A stretch of 64,000 bases of DNA from an uncultured Gammaproteobacteria bacterium (GTDB lineage Bacteria > Pseudomonadota > Gammaproteobacteria > JACCXJ01): assembly GCA_963764725.1 (NCBI GenBank), contig CAVXTM010000018.1, positions 480,001-544,000 on the forward strand, read 5' to 3'. Under the pieces are notes generated by a model. That model had not been told where the DNA came from. It saw only the letters and a list, made by a program, of their open reading frames with translations, and did not search any database. The position numbers and the translations under genes were made by a program. How positions within the stretch are numbered: position 1 is the first letter of the stretch; each line of letters opens with the position of its first letter. Shown piece after piece: positions 10,132-20,684 of the stretch.

Positions 10132-11492
10132 CTGAGGTATCCCCTAGAAAATAGTTTTTCAAACAACGAGATAAAGTTGAACTGATGAGGAACCTGCATG
10201 GTGTCTGATGATCTCAAGGAAGTGTTCGAAGCTTACAGGAGGTCACACCATGCAGGCGCGAGAAGTATTACACAAATTGCTGATTCAAACGTGCGGGGAG
10301 ATGCACGCTGTGCGACGAGAGGCACTGGAGACGATGGTCTGGGCGGGTCTGACATGGCAGCGGATGACGGTAACCGGCTTGGGCCGCGCTATTGGGGGTA
10401 TCGCCCGCGAGAAGCACAACATCAAGCGCGCCGACCGTTTGCTGTCCAACCCGCACTTGCAATCCGAACGTGAGGCGATGTATGGAGTGCTGGCGCAACG
10501 GTGGGCGGGACAGCAGCAACATCCGGTGCTACTGGTTGATTGGTCCGATCTCGACGAGTGGCGACGCAATCAGGTATTGCGCGTGTCACTGCCGGTCGAG
10601 GGCCGGGCGCTTACCGTCTACGAGGAAGTGCACGGTCGCAAGACGGCGGTAAAGCCGAAGACCCATGTACAGTTTCTGTGTCGACTGCAAGCAGTGCTGC
10701 CGCCCGGGTGTCGACCCATTTTGGTGATAGACGCCGGCTTCAAGACGCCCTGGTTTCAGGCGGTGGAGGCGTTGGGATGGTACTGGGTGTCGCGGGTGCG
10801 TGACCGGCGCTATGTCAAGCTCGGTAGCGAGAGCGACTGGATATCGGTCAACTCTCTGCACCCACAGGCGAGTGCCACGCCCAGGGTCTTGGGCGAAGTG
10901 CGGTTGGCCCGTAGTCAGGCCCATGTCTGCCAACTGGTGATCTACAAAGGCAAGGCCAAGGGGCGCCATGAAATCAACCGCTACGGCAAGCGCTCACGCA
11001 GTCAGCGTAGCAAGAAGGCCGCACGAGCCGCGCGCGAGCCATGGATTTTGGCAGCCAATCTACCGGCTGACCGCAAGCTTGCCCATAGCGTGGTACAAAT
11101 CTACCGCCAACGCATGCAGATCGAAGAGAGCTTCCGCGATATGAAAAGCGCCCGGTTTGGTCTGGCGCTCGAGTTTCATCGTAGCCATGACCCACAGCGG
11201 CTGGCGATTCTGCTCCTCATCTTGGCCCTCGCGCTGCTGGTATTGTGGCTCATCGGCAGCATCGCTAAGGAACGCGGACTGATGCGTCACTATCAGGCCA
11301 ATACCGTGCGGCACCGGGAAGTTCTATCCGTGATCTTTCTCGGCATTCGTATCATCGAACGGGCGCAGGATCACTTCACAACAACCGAGTTTTGCATCGC
11401 CTGGCAAAGCATCCCACTCCGTAACGCCAAAGTCCCGAATCTTGAATCATAACGACTGTGCTCGGCGCCAATATTTCGTGGGGATCCCTCAG
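10132..11492 (+). mobile_element. IS4-family (IS10-like) element
   Basis: CTGAGG.ATCCCC IRs, 9-bp TSD ggtacttcc. Confidence 0.95.
10250..11452 (+). CDS. IS4/IS10-group transposase
   Basis: KHNIKRADRLLSN, LVDWSD, IDAGF, YRQRMQIEESFRDMKS; GGAGG RBS. Confidence 0.92.
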   Translation: MQAREVLHKLLIQTCGEMHAVRREALETMVWAGLTWQRMTVTGLGRAIGGIAREKHNIKRADRLLSNPHLQSEREAMYGVLAQRWAGQQQHPVLLVDWSDLDEWRRNQVLRVSLPVEGRALTVYEEVHGRKTAVKPKTHVQFLCRLQAVLPPGCRPILVIDAGFKTPWFQAVEALGWYWVSRVRDRRYVKLGSESDWISVNSLHPQASATPRVLGEVRLARSQAHVCQLVIYKGKAKGRHEINRYGKRSRSQRSKKAARAAREPWILAANLPADRKLAHSVVQIYRQRMQIEESFRDMKSARFGLALEFHRSHDPQRLAILLLILALALLVLWLIGSIAKERGLMRHYQANTVRHREVLSVIFLGIRIIERAQDHFTTTEFCIAWQSIPLRNAKVPNLES

Positions 11493-11679
11493 GGTACTTC
11501 CTCTGTTCGCCGTCAGTGATAACCGGTGAGCCCGTGGCCTCAAACCGCTCAATGGTATCTCGAATCGCCTCCTCGTAGAGCGGGTCCAATGCTGGGTCCA
11601 TGCCATCTCTTGTCGCGACCGCCTCGATTAGCCGAAGGGGCCTTGGGATACTCCCGATTGGCTCGGTTGAGATTGTCAT
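11493..11679 (-). pseudogene. Cobalamin-independent methionine synthase-like N-terminal fragment, interrupted by IS4 (continues 10131-10086)
   Basis: MTISTEPIGSIPRP...TGSPVITDGEQRKY, resuming HNFWTYCVHGLPNT on the other side of the IS. Confidence 0.8.
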
Positions 11680-11789
11680 ACGTGTGACTCGCTTTTCTGA
11701 TTTTTGCCCCCCGAGTACACAATCAGAATTTTAAAAGCCCTTTTGCCTCAGAAGCAAAAATACGACTGTACCGGTAGGCTGTCAAACGT

Positions 11790-11960
11790 GGGCGGTATGG
11801 GGCCGGATCGGTAAAATTATCGGGCCATTGGGCGACTGGGTTCGCCAAGTACCCGGCATTATGGCGTCTTAAGGGAGTCAGGCTCGACCAATTTCGACAA
11901 TCGCTTCTTTCGGTTGAACGACGAGGCGAACTTGACATCCGCCGAAACCGATCCGGAGGC
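11790..11960 (+). ncRNA. Putative structured RNA resembling a group II intron domain I segment
   Basis: gggagtcaggctcgaccaatttcgacaatcgcttctttcg...cgacgaggcgaacttgacatccgccgaaacc; recognised by recalled resemblance only. Confidence 0.35.
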
Positions 11961-12052
11961 CGCGCTCGCGTGCAGACACTGGACGAGGAAAGGAGACCGA
12001 CGAGGGTCTGACAGCATTGGGGAAGCCTCGAAACCGGAGATGAAACATCGCC

Positions 12053-12480
12053 ATGAATCGGTTTATCGAACGCCATCAAGTGAAGATCACCGCGGTGCTC
12101 TCTTGTTTTGACCGCATCGTGATTACCGTCATACTGTCTGGGATTGGTCATGCCGAAGGCATGGCCCGGTATCTGAGCGGACGCGAGTTTCGGCTCTTTG
12201 ACTATCCGCGCTGGGCGGAGCCGCTGCGAGAGGAGCTTCGGACCCATGCCGAGCGGTTGGCCACGGAGGCTTCTTTGGAAATCGAGTCCCTTCGGAATTA
12301 CAAGGTGTTTCGTAAGGGCGGATCAAGGCGATTTTGGTTTCGCGCGGGAGCACCCGGGGCTAGTGCATATCTCCTCGGCGATGGAGGCCGTCCTTCGTAT
12401 TGCCCTGTCATGACAAGCTCCAGTATACGATCCGCTTGGAGTCCACCCCGGCAAGTGTCTGCACGATTAGTTCTATTTCA
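12053..12480 (+). pseudogene. N-terminal remnant of a putative mobile-element protein (LSCFDRIVI family, often labelled MarR-like/hypothetical)
   Basis: VLSCFDRIVIT, HAEGMARYL, FDYPRWAEPLRE; after frameshifts EHPGLVHISSAMEA, HDK. Confidence 0.6.
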
Positions 12481-12643
12481 TTGCCACAACCTCGCGCGCA
12501 GCGCTTGACCCAGGCATTCGCTGTACGGTTTACAAGGGCAACGGTAATCTTTACCTCATCTCCTCGCAAAAATGTATTTTTATTCTATTCGCACTAGCCC
12601 CAGGTGCGTGATCGCTAAGGCAATAGCAGGTAACAGAAGCCTA

Positions 12644-12658
12644 TGGCATATCTGTTGC
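12644..12658 (+). promoter_or_regulatory. Sigma-54 (-24/-12) promoter candidate
   Basis: TGGCATATCTGTTGC, exact GG-N10-GC spacing, upstream of the stress gene cluster. Confidence 0.55.
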
Positions 12659-12855
12659 GCACCCTGAACCGAGCGGGTGATGTAGCGCCAGCGTCTCTAA
12701 CCACAGGGCGTGACCAGTCGCGGTGGGCGAGCAACAGCGAAAAGGTAGACGAAGCAAGACGGGAGCATAACGGCTCGAGTCTTACGCGTGGTTCACGCCG
12801 CACATCGATCAATCAACGCAGGTACGCTCTGCGTCACTTTATAGAGGAGGCACCT

Positions 12856-13059
12856 ATGACGACACTGATACTCTTGGGCATCGGCGCTACGCTGATGTAT
12901 TTCTTTGATCCCGATTCGGGCCGGCCGCGCCGCGTACGTTTGCGCGACCGATGCACGAGCGCCACTAAAAAATTCCAGGGCTCGGTCCGCACCCCTGCGC
13001 CAGTGATCCCGGAAACACCACCGGAGGCTTGGGACGACCAACCGCCGATGAAATTCTAG
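12856..13059 (+). CDS. Small YtxH-like membrane-anchored protein
   Basis: GGAGG RBS; LGIGATLMYFFDPDSGRPRRVRLRD motif. Confidence 0.65.
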   Translation: MTTLILLGIGATLMYFFDPDSGRPRRVRLRDRCTSATKKFQGSVRTPAPVIPETPPEAWDDQPPMKF

Positions 13060-13102
13060 TGAATCGGGTGCAGACAGCGCCTCGGCCGACATTTATTTTA
13101 TT

Positions 13103-14485
13103 GGCTCATCGTGAAAGTGAGTGGGTAGAAAATGGTGTTTTCACAGTACCGGCAGCATGCAGGTAAGCACCTTGAGGCGCAGGTAATCCTCGTCGCGGAG
13201 TCCGTAGGCGCGGCGCTGGATGACGCGGATCTTGTTGTTGAGTCCTTCGACGAATCCGAGAGAGATCTTGTTCTCTGGTTTGCAATAAGCAGCGATCCCA
13301 TCCCAATGGCGCTCGATCATCTCGGCGAATTTCTCGTACGGTTTCAGACGCTGCCATTTAAGCGCGTTACGCCAGTTCTCGAAGAAACGTCGCGCCCACG
13401 CTTCACGCTCGTAGCTCCACAATTGGCCGAAAGATTCCTTGAGCAGATAAGCAGTGTTCAGCCGCTTGTTGGCGGCGAGGAGCCTCTTCAAGGCAGCTCG
13501 ACCATCGAGGGTCAGATTCTCCCGCCGGGAGAGCAGGGTATATTTTTGGCCCTTGATGTAGGTACGTTTCTCGCCGCTGAGTCGGGCGTACTCCCCCTTG
13601 CGGACCTTATCGAGCGCTTCGCCCAGATGACGCGTCACGTGAAATTTGTCGAACAGGATAGCCGCCTGGGGCGCTTGTTCTCTGGTGCTGTTGCGAAACG
13701 GCTTCCACATATCCATCACAGCCAAGCGCACCCCCTTGGTTTTACGCGGCCCCAGCCATTTGAAGAATTCGTCCATGCTGGCCTGAGAGCGGTCAGTCCC
13801 GCCAAACCAGATCGGTCGGCCACGGAGGAGATCGCTGACCACGATGCGATAGGTGTGACCTTTGCGGATGGCGATCTCATCGATGCCGATAACCGCAGGT
13901 CCTGGCCGGCCAGCCCGTGCAAGCTGCGCACCCATGTATTGCTTGTCCAACTCCTTGACCGTCTGCCAGTCGAGATCCAACTCATCGGCCACCGCCTTGA
14001 TGGTGCTCGTGCGCCAGCGCCGCCCGACGTAGAAAGCAAAGCGCTTGGTGTAGAAAGGGTTGTCGGCCAGAAAGTCCAGACGCTCGCGCTTCACCTTGCC
14101 GCACTGCCGGCAATCCACACGCCGGACCTCCAACTCCAGCCGCACGTGCGTATCCCCGCAGGAGAGATCTCGAACCTGCCGCAGCTTCTTGTCGTACCAA
14201 CCGCGATGCAACGTACCGCAGACTCCACAGCGTGTTTTTTTGAGCGTCGTACGAGCGTGACGATGCGGACCTTCGGTTCCCCGAAAACCCCGCGTACCGT
14301 TGCTTGTGGACGAAAGCCGTCAAAGGCGTATGTGTCGGTGAGACGACGAGAGCGTTTGCGTTGGGTAGCCATCGCCACAGCATGCCAGAAATTACCGTCC
14401 CTTCAACCGGGCGTAATCCCTTGCGGAGCAAGCCTTGCAGCGTGATCATGGAAACAAAATTACCCACACGTTTTCACGAAGACCC
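13103..14485 (-). mobile_element. ISL3-family element, copy 2 (transposase main ORF 13141-14211)
   Basis: Near-identical to copy 1; TSD attttatt. Confidence 0.95.
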
Positions 14486-14507
14486 ATTTTATTTTAGGAG
14501 AACGACA

Positions 14508-14585
14508 ATGGGCAAATATTTTATTGGATGGCTTCTGGGTGTACCTGCCATCGTGCTGGTCATTATTTATCTTGTTATGAATTGA
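14508..14585 (+). CDS. 25-aa hydrophobic peptide
   Basis: AGGAG RBS; MGKYFIGWLLGVPAIVLVIIYLVMN. Confidence 0.6.
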   Translation: MGKYFIGWLLGVPAIVLVIIYLVMN

Positions 14586-14843
14586 CCAGGGTTGGTACTC
14601 ATCCGCAATGCCAAGGGTTTGCAACGTCTTTTGCCCGGGCTATCGCACAACATTGCTTTGTCGAGTGCACCGATCTGAAGTGAATCATTGCTTAAGACGG
14701 TCCATCGTTGCGAGGAGGAAAAGACATGCCAGACGACGGCGGTGATGATGATGAGAAAGGTAGGGCATGAGAGAGACCCAAAGGATCATTCACAACCGCG
14801 ACCACCGACAAAAGATATTGAGTAGAGGAGCCAATATGCCAAT

Positions 14844-15272
14844 ATGAATACTCGATTAATGCTACTCCTAGCGATTGTTGTAATGACCGGTAACGGTGTT
14901 GTGTGGGGAGCTAACAACGAAACCTCCCCCACCGCGGAAAGCTCCTCACCCGAGCCAGTTACTTCGGATGTGGAGAATACTGAACGGAATGTGCGCGACA
15001 AAAGTGGCGCTACTCTGACTCCAGAAAATCAGGTCGAGGGCGACGACGGTGACCGCAAGATAACAGCGGAAATACGCCGTGCTGTAGTGGCGGATGACTC
15101 GCTTTCTCTGAATGCCCACAATGTAAAGATCATCACGCTTAATAGAATAGTGACTCTTAGGGGGCCTGTTGAAAGCGAAGCAGAGAAGACCACGATCGAT
15201 ACACTGGCGCGACAAGCTGCCGGTGTAAAGCAGGTTCAGAACCAACTCGAGATAGAACGTCAAACTGACTAA
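14844..15272 (+). CDS. BON domain protein with signal peptide
   Basis: NTERNVRDK...DRKITAEIRRAV...SLNAHNVKIIT...VTLRGPV...VQNQLEI. Confidence 0.9.
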   Translation: MNTRLMLLLAIVVMTGNGVVWGANNETSPTAESSSPEPVTSDVENTERNVRDKSGATLTPENQVEGDDGDRKITAEIRRAVVADDSLSLNAHNVKIITLNRIVTLRGPVESEAEKTTIDTLARQAAGVKQVQNQLEIERQTD

Positions 15273-15306
15273 CAGCAAAACTGTATTTGAACTTAGGAGG
15301 AACATC

Positions 15307-15825
15307 ATGAAAAAAGCTGTTTTCTGTATCGCTAAGACTCAAAGCCAAGCGGAAGCGATAGTAGATCAACTTAAAGTAGCGGGCTTTGCGAACGACGATA
15401 TATCGGCCTTGTTCCCTGATAAGGGCACTAGCAAAGATTTTGCTCACGAGAAGCACACCAAAGCCCCTGAAGGGGCTGCCACCGGGGGTGCGGTGGGGCT
15501 AGGCGTGGGCGGCGTATTGGGATTGCTGGCGGGACTCGGAAGTCTGGTTATTCCCGGGGTTGGCCCATTCATTGCCGCCGGCCCTATCATGGGCGCCCTG
15601 AGCGGAGCAGCGGTGGGCGGCGCAACTGGGGGAATAATAGGAGCGCTGGTTGGACTGGGAATTCCAGAATATGAGGCGAAGCGGTACGAAGGGAAAGTCC
15701 GTGACGGAAATATATTGATCTCGGTTCATACCGATGATGGCAATCAGCGGAAACGGGCCAAAGACATTTTTGAGAGGGCAAACGCGGACGATATTTCAAC
15801 GACCGGGGAAGCGGGCGTAAGCTAG
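15307..15825 (+). CDS. General stress/DUF3341-like membrane protein
   Basis: DFAHEKHTKAPEGA, Gly-rich IPGVGPFIAAGP, LGIPEYEAKRYE, GNILISVH. Confidence 0.8.
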   Translation: MKKAVFCIAKTQSQAEAIVDQLKVAGFANDDISALFPDKGTSKDFAHEKHTKAPEGAATGGAVGLGVGGVLGLLAGLGSLVIPGVGPFIAAGPIMGALSGAAVGGATGGIIGALVGLGIPEYEAKRYEGKVRDGNILISVHTDDGNQRKRAKDIFERANADDISTTGEAGVS

Positions 15826-15960
15826 AAAACGTACGCTGTGAGGCAACTCCGGATCCCGTCGATGTTCCTGGAATAATTTATTCCCGACGTGATACTGTAT
15901 GCAAAAACAACCGATATGTTCTGCTAGGGCTTCCTCAGGTTGGTCGGCGTGGCGCGCGTG

Positions 15961-16285
15961 GTCGGGTAGAAACGGGGCGCAGGCACGGAGCTTTCGCAGG
16001 GTCACGTTTACCCGAAGCCCTTCGATCCCCGACGGCCCGATTTCCAGGGTCCGGTTCTGACCTGGGCATGGGAGTAGTGGCCTTCCCAGGCTTAAATGTC
16101 CGGCACATTTACACCCAGCTTTTGACAGGGTTTACCAAACCGCTTGTCTTAATCAGCAATCCTAATGCGACACCCAGTGCCCAGGGGTCCTTCGCCGAGG
16201 AAAGGGGTTAACCTGTCATCGAGTGTGGTGAACCCATACCTAGGAGAACGTTACTCCTCCCCCTCGCTCCTACGACCCCATGCGC
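15961..16285 (-). ncRNA. ORF-less group II intron remnant (3' part including domains V-VI)
   Basis: Reverse strand GAACCGGACCCTG-GAAA-TCGGGCCGTCGGGGATC (DV-like, 16023-16058), ending GCGCCCCGTTTCTACCCGAC at 15961. Confidence 0.65.
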
Positions 16286-16344
16286 CCCCTGAATCCAGCG
16301 GTTCAGTTCAATCCACTGTTAGGTGACAAGCGGGATACAGTGCC

Positions 16345-17247
16345 ATGAGCAAGCTGCAAGATAGACATCTCGAGTTCTTCTTTGAGGTTTCCATCGATCT
16401 GATGTGCATCGCCGGAGTGGATCGCTACTTTAAGCGCGTAAACCCGGCATTTACGAAAGCGCTGGGCTGGACTGCCGAGGAACTACTTGCCAAACCCTTC
16501 ATAGAATTTGTTCATCCCGCCGACCGAGAACGCACAGTCAATGAAGTGAGACGTCTCGCCAGTGGCATCGACACAGTTAATTTCGAGAACCGGTATCTGA
16601 AAAAAGATGGTTCATGGGCGTGGTTAGGCTGGACTTGCCCAGCGGCAACACCGGGAAACGGGCTGTTATACGGAGTTGCCCGCGACATCTCGGAGCAAAA
16701 GAAAATTCGAGAGCGTTTGGTCCAACTCGCCACCTACGACAGCCTGACGGGCTTACCTAACCGGGCATTGTTCTTAGTGGAGGCTGCTCGGGCCGCCTCG
16801 CGCTGTAACCGTACCCGTACAGGAATGGCGGTGTTGTACCTTGATCTTGATGGCTTCAAGCCCATCAACGATGAACTCGGCCACGATGCTGGTGATACTG
16901 TGCTTCGTGAAGCTGCCCAGCGCATCGCATCATGTATCCGAGACGGTGACCTGGCTGCTCGCCTTGGCGGTGACGAGTTCGCGGCCATTTTGCAAGCCAG
17001 CTCCGCATATCCGCGGACGGTAGCGCAACGAATGATTGACGCCATCGGTCAGCCCATCGCTGTGCACGGTCGCAGCTGTCGACTCTCTGCGAGTATCGGT
17101 TTGGCCATCTCGGATGTCGCCCCGGTCCCCAATGGTGTGGAGCAATTGGTCAAATGTGCTGACCTGGCAATGTATGATGCAAAAAGGGGCGGAGGGAACC
17201 GTTATGTTGTTTATGCCCCATGGTCTTCGACAATTAACTCAGAATAA
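16345..17247 (+). CDS. PAS-GGDEF diguanylate cyclase
   Basis: PAS (VNPAF..LGW..FVHPAD), DSLTGLPNR, DLDGFKPIND, RDGD I-site, intact GGDEF. Confidence 0.95.
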   Translation: MSKLQDRHLEFFFEVSIDLMCIAGVDRYFKRVNPAFTKALGWTAEELLAKPFIEFVHPADRERTVNEVRRLASGIDTVNFENRYLKKDGSWAWLGWTCPAATPGNGLLYGVARDISEQKKIRERLVQLATYDSLTGLPNRALFLVEAARAASRCNRTRTGMAVLYLDLDGFKPINDELGHDAGDTVLREAAQRIASCIRDGDLAARLGGDEFAAILQASSAYPRTVAQRMIDAIGQPIAVHGRSCRLSASIGLAISDVAPVPNGVEQLVKCADLAMYDAKRGGGNRYVVYAPWSSTINSE

Positions 17248-17405
17248 ATATCACCGGTTCTGTCAATTTGCGATCGCTGTTCCTTTTTATTCGTGATTAT
17301 CACGCAGAGAAACGCTGTACAATTTCTAACAGGCGCACGCCACCTGTGCCCATGTAGAAAAAGGCAATGGATAATGGAACTCAACGCTTCTAACCTGGCG
17401 CGCAT

Positions 17406-17573
17406 ATGATCAAGCATTTAAGAATTGCATGTTTCGCTCCGCTGTTGTTCGTAATGTCCGGCTGCGGGGTCATCGGGGACGTTTTTGAGACGGGTATGTG
17501 GACCGGCATTATCATTACGGTCGCCATAATTGCACTCATCGTCTTCGTGGTTCGGAAGAGTCAAAGTAAATAG
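17406..17573 (+). CDS. Small putative lipoprotein/membrane protein (55 aa, not in ORF track)
   Basis: MIKHLRIACFAPLLFVMSGCGVIGDVFETGMWTGIIITVAIIALIVFVVRKSQSK; lipobox-like MSGC. Confidence 0.6.
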   Translation: MIKHLRIACFAPLLFVMSGCGVIGDVFETGMWTGIIITVAIIALIVFVVRKSQSK

Positions 17574-17649
17574 TCTTTGCCTCCTTAGCAGAATTTGTGA
17601 GTCCCGTCGAAATGCGATGCCCCACCGCAAGCCCAGTCGCGTTCTAGGT

Positions 17650-17867
17650 ATGTCGGTATTCGCGGCATTGGATCGATCTACCTGATGTTCACGATCCATC
17701 TCGGTTTGCCCCGGCCCCTGGCCGATGAAATCATTGCCATCACCTTGGACCCGGTGGCCGTCTCCATCGTACCTTACGGGATATCCGTGACGCCGCTGGT
17801 GAATCACTACGCAAAAAGAAAGCTGCTGAGGAGCAAGCGTGCCTCCCCCAACAAACCACCGAGCTAA
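17650..17867 (+). pseudogene. CPA1 cation:proton antiporter C-terminal fragment
   Basis: GIRGIGSIY...VAVSIVPYGISVTPL, homologous to the end of 19360-20684. Confidence 0.6.
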
Positions 17868-17868
17868 G

Positions 17869-18822
17869 CTAAACCTCTACCCCGGGCGGGGAACATAAGA
17901 GCGCATCCCTGTCTACCATCACCCGCGCGCAGCAGACCAGGCGCGTGCAACGTGGCGCCTCGTGCTCGACGCGACGCCGCGCGCCCAAAGCTTGATCGAA
18001 ATAATTGGCAACATCACCGCCGGCAAAAACGTCGGGATGGCTCGTGCGCAGAGATTGATCGACGACAATACCGTTATCAACCTTCAAACCTGCCGCAACG
18101 GCGAGTTCAACATTCGGCACGATGCCGATACCGGCGACAACGCCATTGGCGTGGATGCGACGATTATTTTTCGTCACGAGCGTCAAATTCACGCCTGTAC
18201 CTTCCAAGCTAACGACGGATTCTCCAGTGATCACTTCAACTCCTTTTTGGCGATAATAATCGTTAAAGAAGGCAACCGCCTCCGCCGGAAAAAGGCGAGC
18301 ACAAATGCCGTTCTCGGGCGTGATGAGCGAAACCTTCCTGCCGTTCATCGCGAGCGCGGCCGTCACTTCGGAACCGATGAAGCCGCCGCCAATCACGGCA
18401 AAAGTCTCGTGCTGCTTGGCCAACTCCTGCAAGCGTTGATAATCCGCGAGCGTGCGGAAATAGATAACGTCATCGCCGCCGAATGGCAAGCGTCGCGTTG
18501 TTCCGCCCGTTGCCAGCAACAGCTTGTCGAACGTGTGCGTGTCGCCGTGATCGTCATGCACTTGTTTGCCGGATAGATCGAGTCTTTGCGTGACACCGCC
18601 AAGATGATACGTTACGTTTGCGTGCGTCGCAGGTCGCATAATTTCTTCCAACGTTTTTTTCCCGGTCCAAAGCGCTTTCGATAAAGGCGGGCGATCATAC
18701 GGTTTGACTGTTTCGGCTGTGATCACGCCGATCGTGCCATTGGCATCGGTTTCGCGAATGCCATCGATCGCCGACGCCGCGGTCATGCCGCCGCCGATGA
18801 TGAAGTAGGTGTAATGAGCCAT
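17869..18822 (-). pseudogene. FAD/NAD(P)-dependent oxidoreductase (ferredoxin reductase-like), C-terminally truncated
   Basis: IIGGG, PYDRPPLSK, LLATGG, IGGGFIGSE, TSHPDVFAGGD; homology ends after RRVEH. Confidence 0.8.
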
Positions 18823-18939
18823 TGCATTTCTCCTGAAGTTAGGCGACGAATAGTGTCATGGCCTTTGATTAAGGTCTACGCATGCAAACATAACCCAAGA
18901 GGCAGGAGGTTTGTCTTTGCTCAGGCGTAATTAGGGCAT

Positions 18940-19085
18940 CGGCATGCAGGCTAAAGCCCTCCGCGTTGACGCAGCGTTGTTCTGTGGGCGGAGCCTCTTG
19001 GCTGGGGATTTGTAATGTCAGCACTTTTTGTCCCGTCCGGGGCTCGAGCGCAATGCGGTAGGTGCAAGCCACCGCTTGCGGCGGT
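18940..19085 (-). mobile_element. IS91/ISCR-like transposase fragment
   Basis: ACTYRIALEPRTGQKVLTLQ...CVNAEGFSLHA. Confidence 0.7.
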
Positions 19086-19359
19086 ATATAGTCGTTGACG
19101 CAAGGAACAGGGCCGGCCGACGCCAGCCCTCTCTCTTCGGCCTCGCGTGCACAGCCTGCCACAATTCACCCCTCACTGCAGCCGTGCAAGCGGGCTACTG
19201 AGTGGTAGTGTAGGTAGCCATGAATGAGCTATTGCCCTGATCGCTCACCTGCTCACGACGTTAATCAACCTTGCGTGACGTGCCGGTGCAACTGCAAGGC
19301 CTATGGGTGCGGCCGAGCGCCGACATCGTCGTGATGGCGCACCCGCCGGGGGCTGAGGC

Positions 19360-20684
19360 TTAGGAAAGGCGCTTGCGCCGGCTCGCACGCTTGGTGCGAT
19401 ATAGCTCCATGATCGGAGTCGCCGAGGAGCCGTGCAGCAGCACGGACAGGACGATCGTCACCAGCACCGCATCGGTGATGATGCCCATTTCGTTCATCGT
19501 CGGGCCGTGCGTGATCGCGAACGCGAGGTAGTACACCGAGCCGATGCCACGGATGCCGAACCACGCCGCGAGCCTGCGTTGCGTCGGCGTCAATAGCGTG
19601 CCGATCGGCGCGAGATAGATGGCAATCGGACGGGCCACGAAGATCAACGTGAGCGCGATAGCGAGGCTCGTGCCGGTAAAGGCCTGGCTCGTCAACAGCG
19701 CACCGACCACGAGCATCACCGTCAACTCGGCGAGCATTTCCAGATCGAGCGCGAAGTCGAGCACCGCCTTGGCTATGTAGGCGGAGGTCAGTGCCGGTGT
19801 CGCTGCTGCTGCAACCCCCTTGTCGCCCGCCGCGATCGTCTTGTCGGCGCCGGGGCTGCGGTTGAGGTTGTGCCGATGCTCGATGTGCCGTACCGCGAGC
19901 CCCGCCGCGAACACCGCGAGGAACCCGTAGGTCGCGATCGATAACGCGAGCCCGTAGGTCAGCGCAATCAGGCCGAGCGTCAGAAAACTCTCCATGCCGA
20001 AGGCCTGCTCTCGTTCGTGGCGCAGGTACACGATCGCTCGGCTGAACGCGAGGCCAAGGGCCCACCCGAGCGCCAGGCCGCCGAGCGTGGCCCATGCGAC
20101 ATCGACGCTCCACCAGCGCGAGCCGAGCGGCCCGAGTTCATGCAGGCCGAGCACGCCGAGCGCGAGCATCAGGAACGGGAACGCGGCACCATCGTTCAGC
20201 CCGCCTTCGCCGGTCAGGCTGAAACGAAGCTGGTCGCGGTCCTTGATGTTGTCAACCTGCACGTCGGAGGCGAGCACCGGGTCGGTGGGCGCGAGGATCG
20301 ATGCGAGCAGCAGCGCCGTGCCGAACGTCAGGCCGAGCGCGATGCCGACGACAACCATCGCGGCGATCGTCAGCACCATCCCGAGCGTCGCCATCAGCAC
20401 CGGTGCAAGCCACATGCGGTCGGACAATCCAACGCGCAGCCGCAGCCCGACGGCGAAGAGCGATATCAGCAGCGCTATCTCGGTCATCATCTCGACGATG
20501 CCGGCATCGTTCGCAAGCCGATCTGGATGAAGTCGAAGCCCTGTGGTCCGAGCAGGTACCCGGCGACGAGATACAGTGCCGAGGTGCTGACCGGCAGCTT
20601 CTGTCGCCAGGTGTCCGACAGGCCGATCAGGATCAGCAGCACGCCGATGATTAGGCACCAGGTCGAAAACATAGAAATAGTCAA
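19360..20684 (-). pseudogene. CPA1 (NhaP-type) cation:proton antiporter with a frameshift near 20520
   Basis: LAPTDPVLASDV, GEGGLNDG, WFGIRGIGS; the N-terminal TM segment is in the 20487-20684 frame. Confidence 0.85.

Noticed and set aside
16311-17400. Diguanylate cyclase as an integron cassette (GTTAGGT at 16318)
   Set aside because: No complementary ACCTAAC or attC hairpin found downstream of the gene
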